Source: Setoptus koraiensis (taxonomy: Eukaryota; Animalia; Arthropoda). From it: DNA of 64,000 bases. The notes below the pieces were generated by a model, which saw nothing but the letters and a program-made list of their open reading frames with translations, was not told the DNA's origin and did not search any database. A program made the position numbers and the translations under genes. The stretch is from NCBI GenBank assembly GCA_048013815.1, contig CM106586.1, positions 2,666,001-2,730,000 on the forward strand, in the 5' to 3' direction. Of the stretch, positions 9,164 through 20,391 are shown in pieces. Each line of letters begins with the position of its first letter. Positions within the stretch are counted from its first letter, which is position 1.

Positions 9164-11389
9164 TCATTTCATCTTAACTCGAAAGCGTTCATAATCTTTT
9201 GCTGAGCACATCGGAGTCTCAACCGGCAATATCCTGTTAAACTTATTGTAGTCAATGATTGTTTGCGCATAAGGACCGTAACCCTGTGTGGATATGATAG
9301 GCTCAAATCTGTATCCCCATTTGACTTCACTGGGAAGATAAGATGTTCTAACTTGAATTGACTGACCAGTTGATTCCACAGTACCTTCTATGACAGTTAT
9401 AATTTCAAATTTGAAATTCGCCAGTTGCTCGGAGTTCATTTCATAGAATAAGCTGTCTCTGTCGATTATGTGTACTATGGTTAGTGGCCAAATTAAAAGA
9501 AGATTGTTCCTTGCGTCATCTATTTTAACATCCAGTTGATGGTGATAGAAGGGAATTATTTCACCTTCATTGGTCAGTTTTTGACTGACCAATGAGGCGC
9601 GTATCGTTGCCCCTATGATATGTGATTTGCTCCTTACGTCGCCAACCCTGAATGTTAAACACATTTGATCATCCCTCAGGCACACTGTGGCATATTTACT
9701 AAACATTATAGTCTATATTTATTGATGGATGCAAATGATAAGAGGTGAGCATGAGGAAAGTAAATTAGCCACGTGCTTTCTGCTACATTCAGCCAATTCA
9801 ATTAGTTTGACTCGCTTGCTTACCTGAGACCTCTTAGCGGGTCGAGATAATTTTGCGAATACCATACCAACAATCAGACATTCTACTACAACTCCGAAGA
9901 TTAGTTGTGAACAAAATATTATTATGGCACCTGGGCATTCTACGCTGATTATTCTTGAACCGAAACCAAGTGTTGATTGAGTTTCTATAGAAAATAAAAG
10001 TGCAGCTGAAAAAGAATGTACGTTAACTATGCACGGCTTCCAATTTGGATCATTATCGTGTGACAGATCATCATGAATATATAATACAATATACCATATT
10101 GCTGCAAAGAATATCCATGAGAATACAAAACCCAACGAGGCCGCAAGCAGATTGTATCTCCACTTAATATCTATCATAGTTGTGAATAGATCTCTGAAGT
10201 ATTGTCGCCTATCTATATTGTCTATGTTAAGATTGACGGCACCATTTTTTCCTACCAATCTAGGCAGAGGAGCCGTCTTAGTGCTACCCGCTGTAACTGT
10301 TGTTATAGTTCCACCAACTCCTGCCACTGTAGCCGGTATAGATTGATGAATTTCCGATGTACGCTGATTGTGCGACAGTATATTATTATTGATTGCGTCA
10401 ATATTAGTTAGATTACTGTTGTGGTTGTTGTAAGTAGTAGTGATAGTTGTAGTAGTTGTAGGTGGATAGGTAAAGCCTTCAAAATGCACGATACTATTAG
10501 CTCGTTGTTGTAGATGACTTCCGATGATGTTGTTGCTATCACTGCCAATGACATTAGCATCGTGTTTCACATGTTCAATAGAGGCTTTAAGGTTAGCTAT
10601 ATCGTCGTCATTAGGATCGGCTAAAGTGTCATCTGCATGGTTATTGTTGATGTTGTTGTTGTTATCATTACTGATGTGATTATTGTTATTATGTAAGAGA
10701 TGACGCTGTTCAACATGATTGTCATCATCATCTTCATCATCATTATTATTAATATGTTCGCGGTGATTGGCCAATGATACCATGTTTAAATTATTTTCCT
10801 GTAAATATCTAGCACCATTGGTATCATCCCTAACATTGAGCCTTTGCAGACATTGATTTAGTGTAACATTAATCAATTTTTTTTCCAAACGCATGTTTAT
10901 CTGTTGCTGTGGGTCCTGATAAGAATTATCATCGCAAGCACATTGATCATTTAATTGTGGACTATCTACCGAATAAGACATCAAACTCTTGGATGATTCA
11001 TTGAAATCGAGTTGCTGTTGTTGTTGACTTGAAGGATTAAAGTCATCATTATTTTTTAAAGTTTTAGTATTAGTTTCTCCCAATGTTTGATGGTGTGTAT
11101 TTCCATTATAAAACTGGTCGGTGTTGTTATTGTTGTTGTTATTAACGAGGGTATGACCAAATGATTGAGAGGAGGATGCTGAGGGTGTAAGCGATGATGA
11201 GGATTTCTGTTGTTTGTGTCGATCAAAATTGGATGCTGAAGATGAAGAAGTTGAACAATCTGACTCAAGTGATGATAACAATAATGTTGAAGTAGTTTCA
11301 GTTGAAATCTGTGTGTGATATGTTTGTTGGTGTTGCTGTTCTTGATTAATACAATTTCCCTGTAAGTTTTTATCTTTCTGGGTGGGCAT
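9164..11389 (-). CDS. Inward-rectifier K+ channel; two coding exons (11389..9824, 9712..9164), about 704 aa, with a long low-complexity N-terminus
   Basis: RYFRDLFTTMIDIKWRY, FLFSIETQ-type pore loop (LLFSIETQSTLGFG), VFAKLSRP, WPLTIVHIID and SYLPSEVKWGYRF. A phase-0 GTAAG...ATAG intron at 9823..9713 joins KRSQ to TIMFSKYA. Confidence 0.92.
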
Positions 11390-11390
11390 T

Positions 11391-12379
11391 CTGAAAATGT
11401 CAATTAGTGATCATTTAGCTTTGGAAACTATAGCGATCTTATGAACAAACAATATTGATGGCAATTAGAGGAAATAAGTTTGTATGTAAGTTGAATATTA
11501 TAGATAGACCTGTTGATTGATTCTATTTCAATGGGATTGCCACAAGAGTATTGTTGGTGTTTCTTTAATCAATCGAAAATCCAGCTGATTGTTTGGCACC
11601 TTTATCTCAACTTGTTGTATAGGTTGATTATAATATCTTGCTGGTAAATTGTTGTCATAGTTTAGTCATAGACAGTCGCTAGAGTTGTTGAAATGATTGT
11701 CACTGGTGCACCACAACTTTAACAGTCTAGTCGATCGTGGTCCTTGGCCTTGATAGCCTTGATGTAGCAATATTGTCTGACAATTGTGAGAGACTCAGAT
11801 CAAACAAATTAGATTTACTCACAACACAACTGTAACACAACTATAACAGATAGGTGGAGAAGATAAGAATTTGTCGATATTATCATATCGTGTTTTTCCT
11901 CATCGATAGTAATAAATTTTACTTTTCTATTCTCTCTGTTTCTATCAAGATGCTCGCTACATTGACAATTTCAAGTTTTGATTTGGATCATTAGAAGTAA
12001 TTATTTATACGTGACCTAATGTTTACACTCATATTGTAGTCTATGTCAACATATTTTACAATAGACACTAGACTATTCACACTTCTTACAAACATTCGTT
12101 TATGATGATCTACATGAAAATGGCGATAATAACGTCGACTAATTGACGAAATATTTGCCGGTTTTTCCTCTTTTTACAATCGCTAATGTACGTTAATCAG
12201 CCATAACAATTTATTTGCAGGATAGAGTTTTCTGCTTCTACTGCTATATTTACTAAATATGTTAAGCTGGGTTATTGTCTGTTCGCTTTGATCGCATTAT
12301 CAATGCGATATTTGCAGCAAGAAAGAAAACAAATAAGCTATAATTCGATTTGTCGACTCAAATAAAAGATGAGACTCAC
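11391..12379 (-). other. Putative 5'UTR intron of the Kir gene
   Basis: Minus-strand donor CAG|GTGAGT at 12380/12379 and acceptor ttttcag|A-ATG one base before the start codon. Confidence 0.5.
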
Positions 12380-13865
12380 CTGTCGACTGTATTGCGAATG
12401 TAAATTTTAGTAGGTGGAGTTTACCCAACACTCTAATGTGTGATGATCTCATCGAAGTTCAAACACACTCTCACTACGAGCATATCTGAGATATTGCTCA
12501 AGATGTTGTCGTAGTCAATTAAATATTTCCGGTTGTCAAGATGATAACCGGAAATATTTAGTTTGACTTTGAATTTTAGTTTGTTTTCGAATCTTCGAGA
12601 CACCCCTTCACACTCACCAAGCAACTAATTAACAAGTTGGTGCCATCAACTTGTGGATATTTGAATCGCCTATATCTTGCTTCACTATATTTCGCTTGAA
12701 TTTTCAACACAACACCGCTCTACCATGCATCTACTATGCTATGCCCATTCTCGAGGCTTCGCACATTCTCGCAAGATCAAAAGGCATCGCGAATGGGTTA
12801 TTTCATCAGGACGAATTTCTTAATTGTTCACACTGCTCGCTGCCTTCGAGTAAATGAAGCTCCTCATCATGTGGCCAACTTGTTAGTGAAAACGAACCAT
12901 GCCGATAATCAATACTACAAGACAATAGTGAGGCCTCAAGTATTATCAAGACTGAATGAATATCGGAGAGCAAACAAACAATCACCGCAGTGGCTCAACA
13001 AAAGTGATGAACGACACAAGTGGCAACAAGTGCATTCACGTACAAGTACTTCCGAACTTCGCACACTTGTAATGTCTCTATCGTATTAGGCCGTGTCCTT
13101 ATCTCAACTTTGGCTTGTGTTCTTATAACAAGTTTGTTGATGACATCATTGTCTCAATTCAAATTAGCACTGACGTATAACTCAAGTATTTGTTTTTTCT
13201 TTGTAGCCCATTTTATTATTGAAGCCGTTGGGCAACTCGAGGTGCCATGTAAGTTCAGTGTGCGGATGTTCCGATGGCCTTACACCTGCTTCGAAATAAA
13301 TCCTATAGGGCGGCGCTACTCAGCTTTCTTTAAAGCTACGTAAGCGAGTCATGACTCACGACGACCAGTTGATAACTGGCTAATACTGTAAGCAATGTGC
13401 ACCGTTGCTTATTAGCGCTTTCACTCGAGTCCACTTCACAGCATGTTAAAGCAAGCAATAAACAAAAATGAATTATATGAAGTAGAATTGAACAGTCTGC
13501 GTTCGGCTGCACATTCTTAGGCGATGCCAGCGCCCCTTGCAGGTACCTCCCGAATCAGATGCAAGGTCATTAGAATATGGGCACACAGTGCTCATTATGC
13601 AAATCTCGTTGCACGCAAATAGCAACCGAGATAAATCAACAACGAGATTGAGCACCTAATTAAAACTGGCCATTTGTTTCGTCGAGAAGCTGGAATTCTT
13701 TATGAAATTCTTCAGTGTAGTTATAATATCCCCGAGGCCATCTATCGGCGCCTTTAGGAATAGCCTGATGATCGACACTAGTCCGGCAACGATTTCATCC
13801 ATGATGATTTGTATCCAAGTCCCAGGATGGCGGCACCGTCGTGCAACTTGCGCAGACAGCGACGG

Positions 13866-14306
13866 CAACAGATTAGATAAGGGTAGAGATAAAAATAAAA
13901 TCAAGATAATAACGCCAGCCATTCTATTATTAAAAGCTACAACATTCGGGCTGGCTGGCGATTGTTGGCTTGTCTTGCACTTGCTGCGAGCGCAACCAGC
14001 TGTTGTTGTTGCAATTGTTGTTGTTGCTGTTGTTGCCAGTCTGGGCAGGTTGCAGCTAAAGGAAGCGCGACCCAATTCGAGTTCAAGTGCAGCGAAAAAA
14101 GGCTACGCCGACTAGTCAACTTTTGCGCAACAACAACGGCAACAACAGCGGCAACAACAGCAACAGCCAGTTGTAACCTAGATACGGGCCGATGGCTCCT
14201 TTCACTCCTTTCGCACAAATTTATTCATAGCTCTCGCTGAGCCGAGCCGCTCGAGTCGCCGGGCCTGGCCGAGTCCAGTTGCTGCTTCTTTGGGCCAGTG
14301 TGTCAG
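13866..14306. repeat. Direct-orientation diverged copy (A') of non-coding segment 35503..35898
   Basis: Shared blocks such as cagctaaaggaagcgcgacccaatt.gagttcaagtgcagcgaaaaaaggctacg and gttgtaacctagatacgggcc...ctctcgctgagccgagccgct. Confidence 0.9.
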
Positions 14307-15363
14307 AGCCACGACTGACACACTAGCCCAAAGAATGCTCATTTTATATGATACGAGTATTATTATCCGACGCTACATTGCACTCATAGCAAACATGAAG
14401 CGAAGGTTATTGCATTCGTGCGACTCAGTTATCCGTCTCAAATCGAATGCGATACCAACCTGAACAGTGAATTGGGCGACGCCAATCAATAGAGTTGCAC
14501 ACATTGTCACTGGCGTGCAATGTTCCATTATTCAATTTATTGCAATTATCCTCCATATTGTTCCAATCAATACCAAAACTATTACATTTCATATATAACA
14601 TTCAGACGACATTTGTTTCGACGATGCAGCAGAAGCCGTTGATAGGGGCTTCGTTGTTTCACTTGGCGCAACTATTTCACATTGTTTCGACTTGGTTCGA
14701 CAAACTGTATTTCAGTAATATTGCATTATCTGCACAGAACATTCCGTTTGTGGCTGTAGTGACCCCAGAGCTATTATTATCTTCATAGGCACTATGAGGA
14801 TTCAATATTAATTATGTAGATTGACCACCAGTAATTCATTGTCAAGTTGGCGTGGTGTGACCTGAGGGCACTGGCGACACGGACCAATGGGGCGACCATG
14901 AATTGGATGAGCCCGAATCAGATGAAAAAGACCTATAACAGACATAAGCTGATCAGAAGGCCTCTTTTGGCTACGTTTGTCTAGAGAAAGACAGAGAAGA
15001 GAAATTGATTGTTATCAAATAATCTACTGCGAAATCATAATGAGCTTTTTTGAATGAATTTTGCATCCTTCAAAACTTGTAGATGACGCTCTTCTCGCTA
15101 TTGTTTCAATAGCGATCTTTCTTTGATGTGCTTGTTGGCAACACTAAAGAGAAGACCCGAAAATTAAAATATCTCAAAGCAATGACTGAAGGTATCGCTG
15201 GCATTAAATTATGCATGTATTAGATGTACGACCATGAAATACTCGTTCAACGAAATCTCCCTTCTATGAACTGTCCGTCAAGCAAGTATATGAAAATGAA
15301 ACGTTGCTTGATGAATGAATGATTTCGTAGTCAGTCGTAGTTGCTGTTGTTGTTGCTGCTGCT

Positions 15364-16237
15364 GCTCACCTGTGTATTTCAGCCGTACACACTCTCGATC
15401 TAACCATTGATGTTGTCGTTGTTTTTATTATTATGTTACTGGCTAATTTTCAATGCCAATCCGTACACTGACCCCAAATGGAGACACACTCAACAGGTGA
15501 ATACGCTAACTCTCTCTGCTTGTGTGTTGCGCTGGCTTGACACAAACACAAGCCAACTGTTGTTGTTGCTGTCGTTGTTGTTGTCGTTGTTGTGCACCCT
15601 AAAACTGTGTGTCCCTTTTCACTGTAACTGTCTAGCCAGTTACTGTGAAAGAGCCGCAAAAGAGAAGGTAAAACAAGTGAACTTATAACAGTTTTGGGCT
15701 CGATTTGAGTTGCGCCAAGTTGAGCCGAGCAGAGATAAGTTGAGCAGAATGGAATGGAATTGAATTAAACGCAATCGTATTGAGCAGAAATTGGATAGAA
15801 CACAGATATATCCCAAAACTGCTATTGGCCGTCTCTCTGGCAAGCTGTGTCAGTTGCTGCCTTAGTATTGCAGACAAGTTTGACTTTGACCTTAATATTT
15901 GTCGACGAACGCACAAACCAGCAAGCTTGCCACAAATCACAAACACACACACACACGCACACGCACACACCAGAGAGCTTGCCAGAGAGAGATTGTGGCC
16001 GTCATGGCAGAGACACGGACAAAAACAGAATCAGGTGATACAGGTGAATCAGGTATACAAAAACAGAATCAATGTGCGCTGACAATTGCCAATGTAAACT
16101 AACTGTAACTAACTAACATAACAGTTGATACTTTTGTTGCGCTCGGTAGGATATTTATATACAACAATGTCAAATCAATTTATACAATCGTTAAGTAATT
16201 ACTAATTACTAATTAGGTTGACCGCTAATCAGTGAGT
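15364..16237. repeat. Direct-orientation copy (B') of non-coding segment 37269..38069
   Basis: Long near-identical runs, e.g. ttattattatgttactggctaattttcaatgccaatccgt and gcagacaagtttgactttgaccttaatatttgtcgacgaacgcac. Confidence 0.92.
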
Positions 16238-17068
16238 GAGTTTCAAATTGTTTCTCGAGGATGGCACCACCATCGTGCAACTGTTCATGACGTGATGTAA
16301 ACATGGCGATATACGGAAATGTGTATCACAATGAAAGTACATGGCGACTAGCCTATGTGTCATAGGTGGCAAGTTAGGTTTTAGATAAATGGATGTGATA
16401 AAATGGAGAGATAACATGCGAGCATGAGAGAGGTCATTTGCAATCAGATGGTAGGTTCGTTGGTCGTAAATTGTTAGTTTGTGACAGATGCAACGATCAC
16501 ATTGATGGCATGTAGAAGCGACCATATAAAAATGTAGATATAAATAGATACGATGTGTTGGCTGATTGAGCTGTCAGCCAATGACAATCGCCACAAACAA
16601 GCAGCTCGATAATTGCAATTGCACACACGCACACATAAACAAACCCAGAATAAGACGAACACAAAAACAAAGTTTATTAGTGAGAAATAATAATTTTCAA
16701 ATAATGAAAATAATATTTGGCAAACAAAACACAAATCTTTGGCTAGTTGTGAGCGATGGAATTGTTGAATTTTAGTTGCCAACTTGAGAATAATTATTTA
16801 ATAATAGTGATATGAAAATTACTGCATAAGATTGCACACATGCGACACTGATAGATAGGTGGTGGCGCACTGTTTGCACTGACAACAACAACGAGATGGC
16901 CAATCAACAAACGAGAAACAATTAATGCTCGCTAATGCTGTTGTCCATTATGTCAACATTGATTGCATAATAGTGATGGCAACAATAGCAACAATGGCGC
17001 GAGATGGGAAATTGGAGACAGGGTGATCATTCGTTCATTGAACGTCCACTTTCGATTCATGGCAACTT

Positions 17069-17069
<1 letters not shown>

Positions 17070-17162
<93 letters not shown>
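17070..17162. repeat. Perfect (TTG)31 microsatellite
   Basis: Direct reading. Confidence 0.9.
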
Positions 17163-17163
<1 letters not shown>

Positions 17164-17886
17164 CGTTATGTCTTTTTATGTGGCCACACTATCAAGTTGC
17201 AATGTGTGCGCACATAAGTGATTTATACTTATGCAATATATGCTAGTATTTATGGCAATGACAAGGATGAGTCTTGATTTTACGAGATTGCTCTTTGCTT
17301 GTTTGCCGCGAATCGTCGACGAGCGAGTTGTGTCATTAGCTGCTAGTTGTAGCTAATGCCACAAGTGAAGCCGCCGAAGTTTGTTGGTAATTGTTGCCGA
17401 TCGTACACACACACACACACACACACACAACTACGAGATGACAAGCACGTCACGCATTGAACTTGATCAAGTCAGGGGTCACCTAACACTTGGTAATGGT
17501 TGTGATATATGAGTTGTTGAACTCATTTGTCTAATTGCTGCTGTGCAAACGATGGACAAAAGTGGCAAGCTACTTTTGTTGCTCATCACACACTCACAAT
17601 AGTTTGTGGGCACGCGCTACCGGCAAACAAACCAACAATTGGCTGGCCAGTGTCACTGTCAAGGCCCCTTGTTGGTGATGCCTTGTGTAGTGGCCATCAT
17701 CGATAATAGATTCAACCCGATGTAAACAGGGCAATTTCTGTTTGTTATTTGTACTGGTTCGTTTATTTTCTTCGCCCGATTAAAGTGTTCAAGTACCTTG
17801 TTTGTAGCCTGTTTAAAATCAACAATGCATGTTGCATAATGGAACTTCTTGATTGGCAACATTGTGAGATTTAAGTATTTTTTTCG

Positions 17887-18490
17887 CTGACCAATGAGGC
17901 GCGTATCGTTGCCCCCGTGATACGCGTACATGATCGACAACTCTGAAAGTTGAACACCTCCCTCAAGCACACTGTTTACATATTCGTTTATAGTACTTTT
18001 ACTCTCTGATGGACGCAAATGACAAGCGATGAGTGAAGTATGCGAATAGTGAATTAACCACGTGCTTTCTCGTGCCACCTTCAGCCGCCTGGTGATCAAA
18101 AATTATACTCGCTCGCTTACCTGAGCGGGTCGAGATAATTTTGTAAAAACCAAATATCATACTAACAATTATGCATTGCGCTGCCCAATTAGTTATCCAA
18201 GATTACTTGTGGACAAAATATTATTATCTGAGCTCGAATCAATTCCAATGGCAATTGCAATCAGAATCGCAATTTGAGTTTCCATAGAAAATAGGAGTGC
18301 AGTATGGCAATATTATCGTGCCACAGATCATCATGAATATACCACATTGCTCTTTGTATTGTCATGGATATTCCTTGCTGCAAATTCACGAGAATCCATG
18401 AGAATCAATGAGAATCCACGAGAGAATACAAAATCCAACGACTCGCATGTGAGCCGGCGTCAGCCAACAGATCGTATATACTTACACTTA
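17887..18490 (-). pseudogene. Degenerate Kir fragment (copy of about 9585..10166) that retains the intron
   Basis: ctgaccaatgaggcgcgtatcgttgcccc, cacgtgctttct and ctcgct.gcttacctgag...gcgggtcgagataattttg match the Kir gene; many indels, no intact frame. Confidence 0.85.
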
Positions 18491-18679
18491 CTTTGTTAGC
18501 GGCGAATACCACAACTGGCAGCAGCGGCCGCACTCGCCAGTCGCCAGTGCCTAGTCTGCCATAAAGTGTGCTCACTCTCTATTGATGCCACAGACATTGC
18601 GTTGAATGTTACGTAACAGCGCATAGATGCTACTATGCTCTATGTGATGCAACCGCGTGTGTGTCTGTGCTCCCATTTG

Positions 18680-18692
18680 AGGGCATTGACCG
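18680..18692. promoter_or_regulatory. EcRE-like IR-1 element AGGGCA-T-TGACCG
   Basis: Imperfect match to the EcR/USP IR-1 consensus, about 70 bp from a GTTACGTAAC palindrome (18608..18617). Confidence 0.35.
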
Positions 18693-19077
18693 CTAACTAG
18701 CAACTGTGCTTATGACCTCGACTCTCACTCAGTCACTCACTCTTACATAACAGCAGCCGCAGCAGCAGCCCATATGAGCCCAGAAATGGCCTGTCCATGC
18801 AGACACAGACACAGACACAGATAGAGGCGCACCAACTCGCTTGTTGTTGTTGTTGTTGTCGGTAGTTGTTGGTTGTTGCTGTTGTTATATACACTCTCGA
18901 GCCCCCAGCGTAGTCGCACGATAGTCGAGGCGCCCATCATCTGGCGTGCCATTGTGTCTGCGATATATAGTTATGTAACAACAACAAACAAAGTGAGAGT
19001 GAGTTTGCCGCAAAAGGTCAAACTCAATAATAGATGAGTCGGTGCTGCATTTGAGTCTGCTGCTATTACATGCCATA

Positions 19078-19485
19078 ACTATATATAGCGCGGCCTCTTG
19101 TATGGCGTTAAGGGGCTCAAACACATGACCAATGAAAACAATCAATTCCTGCCTATGCATGGCCGAAGTGGCCAATGCCAAGGATTATCCTACTAATTCA
19201 AATGAGACATATTTTCTATAAATCTCAACAATGATGATGTAATCGAGAAGGAAAAACAAATATTTTTTGCACATTCAGAGAGCTTGGCCTACATATCAAG
19301 ACGAGATTTGAGATTGCCGATAAGCCTGCTGCCAGTGATAATTGTGGCTGCAGATCTTCTTTCTCTATAGATACAAATAATAATAAATAACAGTTATTAG
19401 ATTCTGTCTTATAGCGGCATCGAACTTGTTAGGGTTAATTTTTCATTTTTTGAATTGGCGCTTTTTCGGTTGAAAAAGGTGCTCC
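19078..19485 (+). pseudogene. Degenerate IscA2 copy including the 3' flank (source about 8156..8605)
   Basis: cggcctcttg, atgccaaggattatcctac.aattcaaa and aataataaataa.agttattagattctgtc.tatagc; frame disrupted. Confidence 0.88.
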
Positions 19486-19520
19486 AAGTTCAATCCATAG
19501 GGTCGAAGTTTGCAAGTTTG

Positions 19521-19815
19521 GTGGCCAAATCAAAACAATATTCTCTCTTGCGTCATCTATTTTGACACATCGAGCTGATGGCGATGAAATTATTATTTTA
19601 TTATTTTACCTTCTTTGGCCAGTTGTTGGCAGACTAAGGAATGGAATTACAATATTATTATGAAAGTTAACCGAGTGTTGATTGAGTTTCAATAGAAACG
19701 GTGCAGCTGAAAAAGAGTGTACGTTAACTGAACAATGTTCCCGATTCTAATCGTTATCGTGTAATATACCGTCATGAATATGCTGTGCTGATGCGAAGAA
19801 TATCCATGAGAATAC
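19521..19815 (-). pseudogene. Second Kir fragment (sources about 9484..9597 and 9915..10125, joined by a deletion)
   Basis: gtggccaaat...cttgcgtcatctatttt, agtgttgattgagtttc.atagaaa, gtgcagctgaaaaaga.tgtacgttaact and gaatatccatgagaatac. Confidence 0.8.
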
Positions 19816-20100
19816 ATGTTGACTCACCAAGGAGCCCAGAGAACTCAAAAAGTGATGCTGCCAACAACCTCACATTTAGGTATTCATGCAACGAAGCCAG
19901 AATACTTGGCGTGAGAAAATGTTAGCACGAAGACAGAAGGACTCATTATAGGATTCGTTGAATACATGAACCTAGTTTTGGAAGATGCCCGTGAATAGTA
20001 TCTAAACACCTAGAAAATCAGTCGATATCAAATAATAATTATTGTCATTGTAATGAATTTATAAATCTGTTTATTTATTACATATTTCGATTAGATATTC
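19816..20100 (+). pseudogene. Degenerate SmE copy with 3' flank (source about 8732..9090, internal deletion)
   Basis: accaaggagcccagagaa.tcaaaa.gtgatg and cattataggatt...tgaatacatgaacctagttttggaagatgcc.gtgaata; indels and a stop. Confidence 0.88.
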
Positions 20101-20112
20101 TTTAGATATTAG

Positions 20113-20358
20113 CTTGAATATTGACTGTCCAGTTGATTCTTCAGTGACCTATCACAGTTATAGTTTCAAATTTAAAATTGGCCAGTTGCTACTGGGAGTC
20201 CATTTCACATACGTGTGTGTCGATTATGTGTGTGCTATAGTTGTTGGCCAAATTAAAAGAAGATTTATGTTTATTACGTCATCTATTGTCACATCCAGCT
20301 GACAATGATAGAGGGGAATTATTTCACCTTGAGTGGTCAGTATTTGGCAGACTAATGA
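20113..20358 (-). pseudogene. Third Kir fragment (exon 2, source about 9351..9597)
   Basis: ttgactg.ccagttgatt, tttcaaattt.aaatt.gccagttgct, ggccaaattaaaagaagatt and ggaattatttcacctt. Confidence 0.85.
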
Positions 20359-20391
20359 TGCATTAGTAATGATGCATCGTTGTGCCGATGA

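Noticed and set aside
17659-18099. 146-aa ORF
   Set aside because: It partly overlaps decayed Kir sequence and intron, and has no recognisable domain.
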